Notes under the pieces: generated by a model
The model's database searches: none
What the model was told of the DNA's origin: nothing
Seen by the model: only the letters and a program-made list of their open reading frames with translations
Shown: positions 11,766 through 23,104 of the stretch, one piece after another
How positions within the stretch are numbered: position 1 is the first letter of the stretch
Layout: each line of letters starts with the position of its first letter
Made by a program: the position numbers and the translations under genes
Assembly (NCBI GenBank): GCA_002269645.1
Contig: NIVC01001210.1
Coordinates: 62,001-126,000 of the forward strand
DNA length: 64,000 nt
From: Macrostomum lignano
Taxonomy: Eukaryota
Direction: 5' to 3'

Positions 11766-12041
11766 CAGAGAATGCCCCGTCTCCTTTAGGCTTTTTTAGC
11801 CCTAAGCCAGGGAACGCTTGCACAAAGCTGGAAACAATGTACTTGTACATCATTTTAGACGGGGGCTAATAAAATTCTAAGGATGAGAAACGGACAGGTC
11901 AAAAGGCTTGATGACAATTTCTGCTTAATTTCCTGAGAGCTGTCATAGTTGAAGAGACTCACGAGAGATACTAAAAATAGCATAACAGAAGCATCGATCA
12001 GCAAAGAAAATTTTTGCTGCCCTATATCTGACTCCTATTGC

Positions 12042-12410
12042 TCAGTCGAGGCTGTCCATGCGGTACCAGTGAACAGCGGGGTCGTACACGAACAGGCTTG
12101 CCGCAGCTGGCTGCAGCTCCATACTGTCCAACCAGCGATAGATCGACTCTACTCGGTCAGTCGGCATCAGCTCGTTGTCCCGGATGTACTTCCGGACGCT
12201 GACGTAGGCTGGAGACGCGTCTGGATGCCGCCGATCGCAACTCCTGCCGTCTGGATCATCCAGAGTGGCCGACAAAAGCGAGCCGGTGCCGCGGCCGAAG
12301 AAAGCCATCGGAATTTGACGGCTAGCTGGGATGCGCGGCTTGGACTGCGATGCTGGATGAGGCTGCTGCTGTTGTTGCTGCTGGGGCCACAAGCCCACGT
12401 CCGTCAGACT
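12042..12410 (-). CDS. Probable terminal coding exon or small orphan protein of unknown function
   Basis: GC-rich open frame ending ...RVESIYRWLDSMELQPAAASLFVYDPAVHWYRMDSLD*, with coding-like codon usage. Candidate acceptor CTCTTCACCGCAG near 12410; includes a poly-Q run. No family recognised, and the 5' boundary is uncertain. Confidence 0.4.
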   Translation of the reverse strand, partial: SLTDVGLWPQQQQQQQPHPASQSKPRIPASRQIPMAFFGRGTGSLLSATLDDPDGRSCDRRHPDASPAYVSVRKYIRDNELMPTDRVESIYRWLDSMELQPAAASLFVYDPAVHWYRMDSLD

Positions 12411-14831
12411 GCGGTGAAGAGCAAGCATTGGAATGATAAGATAATCAATAATCAAGCATTTCAAGGTGGCTAGCAGATTGGTAACGGTTATAAATATCCA
12501 TGGGTTCGAAAATCGCCACATTAATTTGGAGTTCGTGAAGAGAGTCACATTGGTCCGTTTGATTCACCATAGCACGCATAGCCAGCCCCTGCGAACTCAC
12601 AAACCAACTTCACTTGTAAATAGTGAACACCCAAAATAGTCTGACAACAGTCTCAGATTTTCCCTTAAAGCGATGCAATTCAAACGACACCATTTATCAG
12701 GAAAAAATGGGAATCAGCTTATTCCCTCGACTTTTTGCGTTCTACGCTGCCTGTCCCTCTGAAATTTCTCCGTAGTCTCCAGACTGCACTGCACCGATTG
12801 ACCAAAAAGTCAATCAGCAATTGTCCGAGTGGACTTGCCAGCTTTCAGCCGGACGCCATCTCGGAGTCTGTCATTTGGCGGATTATCGCGAGCGCACGAG
12901 ACAGTTAAGCGATCCCTCATCGTCTTTTTCAATATATCCTATCATTTTTCACCATGGTTGTTGAGTAAAACGCTCTTTAGTATTACATCACTCTAACAAA
13001 GCCTACTTGAAGAAAACCTGTATAACTCCGAGTTTCGCACCCATGAGGACCAACACCCAGGGCACAGAGAAAGCCCGACAGTTGTGGGATGATGTCACTG
13101 AAGGTATTCCGTCAGGGTGCCCCACAGGTACTTGAACCGGATCCGTGAATTCCGCCTGAGAACAGCCGCATCATTTGAACTCGATCTCTGCTTCAGTCTG
13201 AAAATCGCGTTGTGCGAACTGCAACCGACTTCAAAGGGAGCACTTTAAGGTTTTTAACCGGTCTGCTTCTAGGCTATGCAGCTCTGTCTCGAAGAACGAT
13301 TATTAATATAACAGTCTTAGTCTGGGCTTAATTGGATTGATGGAGCTTTGAAGGAGAATCGCCAGCAACTGAATCGAGGGGCCCAGCCAGGGATTTCACG
13401 GGACAACTGTCACGCGCTCCGAAGGAACGCGAGGAATGCACTAGTGAGGACCAAAGAAGGAACATTGTCAGGGACTATAGACGACACGTTCTCAATTTAG
13501 CCATGCAACGAGCGATTTCTTTTCATCAACTGAAATAGAAATAGACATTCTAAAAATGCCATTTTTTCAGGCTCTACTCAATCATGCTCTGCTCTGCTCA
13601 GGCTCAGGCTCTGGTTCCTAAGGGACTCTCAATGACTCGCAAAAACTGGAACTGCAAGCTGCACAAGAGTCAATTAGTTAGAGCAGCTGAACTGATCTCG
13701 CATGGAGTGGCAGGACATTCTCTTTCAGGCAAGAAAGCGACGGATATTGAGCATCGGGTAATGAGCCCTTCTACGGAGGATAACTCACCTGCCGCCCAAC
13801 GCACCTGCGTTGCTTATCATGCCGAACTTGACCCCCAGAGGGTCGCTTCCTGTGCTCGTATCGGAGATTCGTATCGTAGCTTTCAACGCTGGATAAATAT
13901 AAATTGAGAAGACTAAAAGTTTGAGAGAGCCGGGTATATTAGATGGAAGTGAGGGAGAGGACACCCTGTGGCTAGCTATATAAGCCGAAACACCGTGGCC
14001 CTGTTTACGTAGATATACTTAGGCGGGGGTCTCAATTTGTTGTGTTTGGTCTACTCAACTTGCGCTCAACGGGGCATTCACTCTCTCCCCCTGTCTCTCT
14101 CTAAGTATCTGTGAGTTGGGCATCTTGCAGCAATTTTTTTCTGGCTGTTTTTTGCACTGCTCTTATTCTGCACTGTTCCATGTGCGCTGGCTAAAAACAA
14201 CTCAGGTGTAGTCAAGCTCAGCTTCTCATTCTCGTATCTTAAAGAATTAGAAGTCATATAAAGCGCATCAATCCGAGACGTATTAGAAATTGGGCACGTT
14301 TTATGATTATGAAACAGTTCTTGGCATCTACTAATCACATAAATCAACTGTAGCGTCAACAACTAGCCAACGTTTAGACTTGTTTTTTATGTCAAGACGT
14401 CTACAATTTGTTAAGGACAGTGAGCTATTTTACTTAAGCATTTTGCCAAGTTTTTAATCTGCAATATTCATTGTCTAGCAATTTGACGATCATTATTCAC
14501 ATTATTTATGCAGAACAATACATTAATACAAACAATGCGTTTTGTGCAGGATCGTCAAGCAGCATAACAATGCAAAGAATCAGCGGTCGCAGCACGTGAC
14601 AACGATTTGTCACGATTTGTCCTACCGGCGCTCGCCAGACTGTTAAATTGGCTGCTTCACAAACCCCCTTTTGAGCCATAGACAATGAAAAGAAAGTTTT
14701 AAGGGCTTTATTCTGCCTCAGGATTAAAGGCGCCAAGTCGACTTAGAAGATGTTTTATTATCTATGCAATAGTAGTCCTTGGCATTGAAAGAGTCTGCAT
14801 GTGAAAATCTGAAAAATCAAAACGGAATTGT

Positions 14832-17800
14832 TTAGACATAGAAGATGCCCTCGCAGGACGTCGGCCGAGCCATGTTGGAGCCAGCAGGACAGCCAAATGT
14901 CTGCGCGAACTCCGGCATTGTGGACAGGATGCCGTTTACCCTGGAATGGCGGGGAAGTGAGCGATTGAGTGAGCGACTGAGTGAGTTCTTAAGTTCGTGA
15001 GTTCGTGAGTGAGTTCTTGAGTGAATGAGTGAGTGAGTGAGTGAGTGAATGAGTGAGTGTATGAGTGAGTGAGTGAGTGAATGTGAGAGTGAATGAGTGA
15101 GTGAGTGAATGTGTGAGTGAATGAGTGAGTGAGTGAATGAGTGAGTGAGTGAGTTAGAGTGAGTGAGTGAGTGAGCGACTATCGAAAGCAGTAGAGTTTT
15201 TATTCCAGTTTCTCGAACATCGACTGAGTACGGTGATGCGATACCGTAGATGCTATACCATCAGACAGATAATATTCTTCGGAGCCACACTACTTTCAGT
15301 AGACATATCAGAGTTTTACTCATGCATATCTGCAATAGTAAAATACTGGTACACTTAATTTTGGCTCACAGAGTTTCCTCTGGCAGGGCGCGCAGCGTTT
15401 CAGCCTTTGTGACGGAGTAGTCCGGATTGCGACTGTAGCACTGGTTCTGCAATCAGGGGCAGGTGTTAAGGGACAGGTAGTGAGTACGGCTATTGAGGGA
15501 CAGGTATCGAGGGACAGGTATTGGGGGACAGGTATTGAGGGACAGGTATTCAGGGAGAGGTATTGAGGGACAGGTATTCAGGGACAGGTATTGAGGGACA
15601 GGTATTGAGGGACAGGTATGAGGGACAGGTATTGAGGGACAGGTATTGAGGGACAGGTATTGAGGGACAGGTATTGGGGGACAGGTATTGAGGGACAGGT
15701 ATTGAGGGACAGGTATTGAGGGACAGGTATTGAGGGACAGGTATTGAGGGACAGGTATTGAGGGACAGGTATTGAGGGACAGGTATTGAGGGACAGGTTT
15801 TGATGACAGGTATTGAGGGACAGGTATTGAGGGACAGGTATTGAGGGACAGGTATTGAGGGACAGGTATTGATGACAGGTATTGAGGGACAGGTATTGAG
15901 GGACAGGTATTGAGGGACAGGTATTGATGACAGGTATTGAGGGACAGGTATTGAGGGACAGGTATTGATGACAGGTATTGAGGGACAGGTATTCAGGGAG
16001 AGGTATTGAGGGACAGGTATTCAGGGACAGGTATTGAGGGACAGGTATTGATGACAGGTATGAGGGACAGGTATTGAGGGACAGGTATTGATGACAGGTA
16101 TTGAGGGACAGGTATTCAGGGAGAGGTATTGAGGGACAGGTATTGAGGGACAGGTATTGAGGGACAGGTATTGATGACAGGTATTGAGGGACAGGTATTG
16201 AGGGACAGGTATTGATGACAGGTATTGAGGGACAGGTATTCAGGGAGAGGTATTGAGGGACAGGTATTCAGGGACAGGTATTGAGGGACAGGTATTGATG
16301 ACAGGTATGAGGGACAGGTATTGAGGGACAGGTATTGATGACAGGTATTGAGGGACAGGTATTGAGGGACAGGTATTGATGACAGGTATTGAGGGACAGG
16401 TATTGAGGGACAGGTATTGATGACAGGTATTGAGGGACAGGTATTGATGACAGGTATTGAGGGACAGGTATTGAGGGACAGGTATTGAGGGACTTCAAAG
16501 GTAGTCTCTCAGACTTCTGAGAGAACAAAGGTAGAATTCACCTGCGCCCAGGCCAAGAAGAATGTCTGCCGTTGATTCCAGCTGGCCAGAGGCAGCGGCA
16601 ACTCGGTGTCACTTCTCAACCGCAGGTAGGTCCGAATCGACAGTCGAAGGCCGTCAGCAGCGGCAATGATGTTGCGTAGGTGGCGCACAAGTAAATTTTC
16701 AATGCTCACCTGGCAGGAAATGCAAACTGGATTTTGTAGGAATTTATTTTCTTAGAAGTTATTGCATTTTCATCTATAAGTAAAGTGATTATGCTTGATT
16801 CATTTCTCAGCATCCGAGTGAGCTACTTATTAGATGCTATGTTTGAGCAATGGTGTTACATTGACAGACTACCTCATTGTTTTCTCAATAGACTACCTCA
16901 TGGTTACCTCAATAGAATGCTTCATGGTTACCTCAATAGACTGCTTCATGGTTACCTCAATAGAATGCCTCATGGTTACCTCAATAGAATGCTTCATGGT
17001 TACCTCAATAGACTGCTTCATGGTTACCTCAATAGAATGCCTCATGGTTACCTGAATAGAGTGCTTCATGGTTACCTCAATAGAATGCTTCATGGTTACC
17101 TCAATAGAATGCTTCATGGTTACCTCAATAGAATGCTTCATGGTTACCTCAATAGAATGCTTCATGGTTACCTCAATAGAATGCTTCATGGTTACCTCAA
17201 TAGAATGATTCATGGTTACCTTAATAGAATGCCTCATGGTTACCTTAATAAACTTACGTATTTCGGGCCGCTCTGTGTCGCATAGGGCCCGGCCCGCATG
17301 GCTGAGAAGGTCCGGTTCAGACAGGAGGCCTTTTCTACGTAGCCCAGGTAGGTCTCCTGCCGCGACCACATCGGGTTCATGGCTCCGGTCTTGTCAAACA
17401 GCTGGCCTGCCACGGAAAAGGAAGGAAGGAAGGGTGTTCTTGTTTTCTACAGTTGAAATTGCGTTGATTGGCTGTTGAGGGACAGATGAATATGTGGTAG
17501 CCAATCAGAGTTCCCGACCATATTCTCGTCCCGATCGATATTACGCTCGTAAAATTTAACCGAGAAGGTAATATTCTACCAGGCTGTTTTAAAGATGAAT
17601 CCGAAATTCATCTTCAAAACAGCAACCTTCAACCTTCGATGGCCACTTGTGGTACTCTCAACGACCACTTGACGATACCGATCGATCAATGACAACTAAT
17701 GGTACCTGTCAATGAGCACCTCATGATACATTCAATGACACCTGATGGTACCTTCAATGACCATCTGATGGTATCTTCAATGACAACCTCACGGTTCCTT

Positions 17801-20800
17801 CGATGACCATCTGATGGTACCTTCGGTGACCAACTGATGGTACCTTCAATGACCACCTCATGGTAACGTCAATGACCACCTCGCGGTACCTTCGATGACC
17901 AACTGTTGGTACCCTCAACGACCACTTGATGATACCGATCAGACACCTAATTTTACCTGTCAATGAGCACCTCATGATACATTCAATGGCAGCCAGCACA
18001 TGTTACCTTCGATAACTACCTCATGGTACCTTCAATGACCGCCTCATGGTACCGGTCTATTTGCAAAACAAACAATTTCACTCACCGGTGGCGTCGATGG
18101 ACTTCACCAGTTCGGCGCTGATTTTCTCGCCAAGGGTGGCGAAGTTCACGTAATCCGGCAGGCCGCGACCGTAGTAGGGCCACTGCAGCGACCCGGCCGG
18201 GATGGTCAGGCGCACCAGCTGGTTATTCAAGTGCAGATTGGTGTCGTAGGTGGAGCCGTCCCATTCGCTGCGGTCCGGCTGCTTGCCAATACGGCTGCTC
18301 TGGTACTGCAGGTGAAAAGCTTGCCGATTGATGGCCAGCTGCAGTAAGTAGTCGTTGTCGCCGATGCTGAGCTGCTCGATAGGTTTGGTTAAGAGAGGTT
18401 TTTATATACGGAGAGAATGCTTTACAAAATGACTCGTGACTTTAAATTTCATTTTTCCAGTGGCAGATCAAATACCGTTTTGTAGAATGCGTCCAAATAT
18501 GAATCGGACACCTCTGTCTCCGAATATCCTATGAAATCTCTGATGCCGCCAACTTTCTCCTTAGCTTTGGACTTCTCTTCATTTGACAGCCAGGTGAGAC
18601 GATCAATAGACGAAGTCAGCTCATCCTGCAGGGCCTTGTACATGCTGTCGACCTGTAATGACCAGTATTCAGTATCTGACACAGGGTCTTCAGTGTCTTG
18701 ACACAGAACAATCTGTAGCTATCTAACACAGGGTCTTCAGTGTCTTTACACAGAACCATCTGTAGCTATCTGACACAGGGTTTTCAGTGTCTTGACACAG
18801 AACAATCTGTAGCTATCTAACACAGGGTCTTCAGTGTCTTTACACAGAACCATCTGTAGCTATCTGACACAGGGTTTTCAGTGTCTTGACACAGAACAAT
18901 CTGTAGCTATCTAACACAGGGTCTTCAGTGTCTTTACACAGAACCATCTGTAGCTATCTGACACAGGGTCTTCAGTGTCTTGACACAGAACCGTCTGTAG
19001 CTATCTGACACAGGGTCTTCAGTGTCTTGACACAGAACCGTCTGTAGCTATCTGACACAGGGTCTTCAGTGTCTTGACACAGAACCGTCTGTAGCTATCT
19101 GACACAGGGTCTTCAGTGTCTTGACACAGAACCGTCTGTAGCTATCTGACACAGGGTCTTCAGTGCGTGACACAGGCTATTACGAGTTACACAGGCTCGG
19201 AGAATTCCATGTTCCTTCCCAACTGCACTTGAGACAGCCAAAATAAACGTGTCTGCACTCACTTCTCCCTTGACAGAACTCGACAAGTGGTCAGCCACAA
19301 ACAGAGCGCTGACAGCGTGCCGCATCCAGTGACGCGTCTTTCTGTAGCAGTAGTCAAACCTGTTCTCAAACGCATACGCTTGCGTTGCAATCACCAATTG
19401 GAACTCGCGTTTGGCGTGAACGTAACCGCTGGACAGGTCTCCGACGTGACGACTGATGATGCGCCAGTTGATATAGTTACTCAGCTTCCTGTCGATGTAG
19501 ACAATGTTTCACTGGCTAGGATTCCAAATGATTTGATAATTACGAGTACTTAGGGTACTTTCAGTGGTCCTTGAACATACCTCTTCGACTGGGTTGGATC
19601 CGCCATCAGCTGGCGAATGTACTGGACCATCTTGACCAGGTAATCGGGGTCCTGTACAGCCACACTTGATGGTGCATTTGAGCCAAAGGCCGTCCTAAAG
19701 AAGTTGCTCCACTGGATTGGTTGGTAAGTGAAGTCCATGGTGCTGAGAGCTACAAGGTTGCTCGGATCCAGCGGCGGCTTCTCAGGACTCGCAGCATCCT
19801 GCGCAATCTGGAAGAAATGGTCATTTTTCTGGGCTGACTTTTTAGCAGTTAATGCATGCTTGGGACAAACTGAGCTGCAGTGGATCCATAGGTCAATAGA
19901 TTCATATGATGTTAGCTGGACTCGTGGATGAAAGCTGGTTTGGGTTCAAAATGATTTGCTGTCGGTATGCTGTGTTCAAAATGGTTTGATGAGTTCAAGA
20001 AGACTTTGAGTAGGTTCAAGAAGGTTTTGAGTGGGTTCAAGATGGCTTTGAGTAGATTCAAAGAGACGAGTGGATTCAAGATGGCTTATCAAGTCTTTCC
20101 TCCTCTTACCCTGGCCAGTTCCGTTTCAACCTCCATCACATCGACCACAAAGGTGTCCACCCGCGACAACGCTTCTGACTGGTCGAGCTTGCCGGGCTCA
20201 GTGTCAGCCTGCAGAAAGGCGGCCACGGTCCGAATGTAGGTGGAGTAGGCTTGCCGGTGCTTGGCGCTCGTCTCCTGTGGTTGCGTAGGCGATGATGAAT
20301 AGCGGTCACGTGATTAGGGGAATGGAGCTCTCAATTACTTAAGCGACGAGACGCCTGCTAAATAGAAATCACCTGCTTACATCGCTTGACAAGTAAGACG
20401 AAGTTCGCATTTCGATTCCACCGCGATTGATCTGAAAAAATATATTTGTACTTTAATTAAAAGTTACTCGGGCCGACAGGAAACAGGGGAGGATTGAAGA
20501 CTCAAAGAAGGGATAGAATAATAATAATAATTGATTACACCTGCCCCAATGGGCAGAGGTGCAACCGACAGCTCAGCCGCAGTTAGGCTGTTCACGGCTG
20601 TTCAGTCCAAGGACTGGGGTGAACTAATGTTGGCACCCATTTTACAGCTGGGTGAACTGAAGAAATGCAGAGTTAAGTGTTGCTCAAGGACACAAATTGC
20701 TCTGAGTGGGATCGAAAATTGAACCCCCGATCTTCAAGTCGTGAGTCCGACGCTCTAACCACTGGGCTACAACGAAGAAAGAGACAAAAAGGCTTAACCA

Positions 20801-21718
20801 CGGAGCAAGATAACGGTAGGGCCAAAGGAAGGAGAGATAGCGGCTCTGTATAGGCTCTTTAACACCGCCATCAAATCGCACGACTGACGCGAGAGGCACA
20901 ACAAAAGTATGTACAAGCCGACTAATCCCACAAAATAAGGGCTCATTTAATGGCAGTTCATCCCAGGAGCTCAAATGTCTCACCGAAATTGTGTACTTGT
21001 CATTGTCTAGGAAGTTCTCGGTCAACAAGTACTCAAAGAAGACATCGGCACCGTACTCCAAATAGGCCTGGGAGATCATCAAATTCAAGTCGAACTGATC
21101 GACACTCGACGCATTCAGCAGGTAGAGGTTGGACGACAGGAACTGGGCGAGGATGCCTCCCCGAAACCGCTCGGTGATCAAGTCGTTGGTGCAGATTTCA
21201 AATAGTTTCTTCACCTTGCGCTCGTAGGAATCGGTCGTGTTCCGTCTGACGGGGCTGCGCAGAATCTCTTCAAGCCGGTCCTCGTTCTCTCTGCTCAGCT
21301 CGCCGGGGATGGTCCTCTCCTGCACTCCCGGATTCAGGCGCATGATGTACGGCGCCAGGCCGCACGCGTAGCTGTAAAAGTCTTCGCACGGGCTCGCTGT
21401 TACGTTCGCCAGGGCCACGCTGGAGGCTGCGCGCAGCAGGCACGGCTGGCTCTGACAGGTATTGCCGAGTTCTATGCCTCCGCCGGCACCTCCGCCACCT
21501 CCTCCGTGAGTGGCCGCCAAGGTGATGATCAATATGAACATGACGAATGTGACGCCGACAAGTACATTCTCTAGCAGAGTGTGGTTGTTGGGATCCAGTT
21601 GGTACTTCACTCGCTGCCACAGGTCCCCGCTGTTGCCGCTGCCGGAGCCGCCGCCGCCGCTGCCGCCGCTGTTGCGGGAGGTGTCGAATTCGACATTGAT
21701 AGATTCCGCACTCGCCAT
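14832..21718 (-). CDS. Neprilysin/ECE-like M13-family type II membrane protein, predicted catalytically inactive; 11 exons, about 789 aa
   Basis: Exons: 21718-20984, 20431-20381, 20274-20110, 19807-19581, 19488-19263, 18652-18476, 18371-18086, 17406-17258, 16709-16542, 15446-15370, 14940-14832. All introns are GT-AG with consistent phases. N-terminal TM segment (VLVGVTFVMFILIITLAA). M13 motifs: PCEDFYSYACG, LSNYINWRII, IPAGSLQWPYY, QTFFLAWAQ, VNGILSTMPEFAQTFGCPAGSNM. Confidence 0.9.
14960..15178 (+). repeat. (GAGT)n/(GAAT) microsatellite in the last intron of the M13 gene
   Basis: Imperfect GAGT run seen directly. Confidence 0.95.
15490..16495 (+). repeat. 14-bp minisatellite (GAGGGACAGGTATT, with GATGACAGGTATT variants), about 70 copies, M13 intron 9
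   Basis: Tandem array seen directly; fills nearly the whole intron 16541-15447. Confidence 0.97.
16865..17250 (+). repeat. 24-bp minisatellite, about 16 copies, M13 intron 8
   Basis: Unit CATGGTTACCTCAATAGAATGCTT; begins right at the donor of exon 8. Confidence 0.95.
17620..18055 (+). repeat. Degenerate ~23-bp tandem array, M13 intron 7
   Basis: Unit approximately AATGACCACCTGATGGTACCTTC with many substitutions. Confidence 0.8.
18675..19170 (+). repeat. 47-bp minisatellite, about 10 copies, M13 intron 5
   Basis: Unit CTATCTGACACAGGGTCTTCAGTGTCTTGACACAGAACCGTCTGTAG. Confidence 0.95.
20520..20773 (-). mobile_element. tRNA-derived SINE, family 1 (CORE-like central domain), in M13 intron 1
   Basis: Minus strand: A-box TAGCCCAGTGG and B-box-like GGTTCAATTTTCGATCCC, then GTGTCCTTGAGCAACACTTAACTCTGCATTTCTTCAGTTCACCCAGCTGTAAAATGGG, and an (ATT)n tail. 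Homologous copies at ~26962-27168 and ~38957-39200. Confidence 0.8.
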
Positions 21719-22135
21719 GGTAGACCTGAGTTCGATGAGCGCGACTCGTTTGCCGATTTTATTTTATTCAACTCACCCCAATATAAACTCGTTCGCCTTC
21801 TCAATCTTCAGGAGCAGAGTTCGTTTCTGCTTATCTTTGGCCCGAATGAAGATTGAGCAGCTGCCCGCTTGCTGGCTTCTACCCGGGCGCAGATAAGGCG
21901 GGACTGAAGTTGGTCCCTCTGTGCCATTCTGCACCACAACTCCTCCTCAGCTCTCCATTATCAGCATTCGACAAAAAATACTTTCGATTCTCTAACCAGT
22001 TTTACGAGTATGTACACCAGTCCGTTAACGAAGTTACGCGATTTTATACCGAGAAAAAGTTCAAAAAATTTTCACTAGCTCCAACTAGCTCGTATGATAA
22101 TCGCGCATAGTGGAACAATTTGGAATCGTCAAGAC

Positions 22136-22391
22136 CAGGGTAGACAATCTCCGGCCCGCGGGCCACATGCGGCCCTTAAAGCCTCTCTATCCGGCCCATT
22201 CCGTGTCCTTTGAAACTTCGCAATGGCAATCCGGCCCGCCCAAGATGTGTCTCTTCTCAGCTCTCTTCGATCTCTAATCTCCTCTCTCCTTTCCTTTCCT
22301 CTCTTCTTGTCTCCCTTGTCTCCCTTCTCTACTGTTCTCTGCACTAGGTTCTCTCTATCTGGCCCTTGGGGTAAAAACTTGCCGACCCTTG
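22136..22391. mobile_element. hAT (Charlie-like) MITE, 256 bp
   Basis: 8-bp TSD GTCAAGAC at 22128-22135 and 22392-22399. Imperfect TIRs CAGGGTAGACAA / TTGCCGACCCTTG. Subterminal CGGCCCGCGGGCCACATGCGGCCC motif typical of Charlie-type hAT ends. Confidence 0.85.
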
Positions 22392-23104
22392 GTCAAGACG
22401 GAGTGCATGTGGGTTTTTAATGTGCACTTAACAGCATTCAAAACCATGACAATGCATTTAAAATTAACTAAGGTAACGGTTTCCGCACAGTGCCGAGAAT
22501 TTGCGATCAGACCTTTACGCTAAATAATACTGATCAAATAATGACAAGTCAAAACTTACATGTACTTATTAGTTCCCATTCGCTAGAGAGGTACAATGAA
22601 TTGACAGCAGATATTATGTGTATTTGAAGACAATAAAGTAAAGCTGAGAAGCTGAATATGCACAAGAAAACAAGATTTACCCAGTTTTTATACACAAGTG
22701 CCACTCCGCACATATCGTGAGTAGTCAATGAGACTATAACTTCTCATTCAAAATTCAACCCAGGAGTTACGCAACTACGCTGTGAGGAGCCTCCTTTTCA
22801 AAAAATTCAAAACAATTTCCAAATCAGACCTTACGCACGGCTTACTTGGTGTTTATGTAGATATTGATGCACGTTGAAAAAATGAACACCGAAAACCATT
22901 GTAAATATATACTTTCACCCAGACGCAATGGCAATTAGTTTTGGCCATTATGCCATAGTTGCTCCACAATGTACTTTTTACCCCATGTACAAATTTCATC
23001 ACGTGACTGCTTTCCCGTGTTTATTGTCTGTCCACCCTTAGTTGTCTTGCATTTGCGTGAAACAAGTGTGGAATAAAGACATCTGTGCTGGCATAATACA
23101 AGTA

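Noticed and set aside
10418-11869. Long ORFs (424, 392, 335 aa and others) on both strands
   Set aside because: They are translations of the 45/46-bp minisatellite, with frames swapping at the 46-bp variants; not proteins.
11949-12473. 174-aa plus-strand ORF
   Set aside because: Antisense shadow of the minus-strand frame, which has better codon bias; it also lacks an ATG start.
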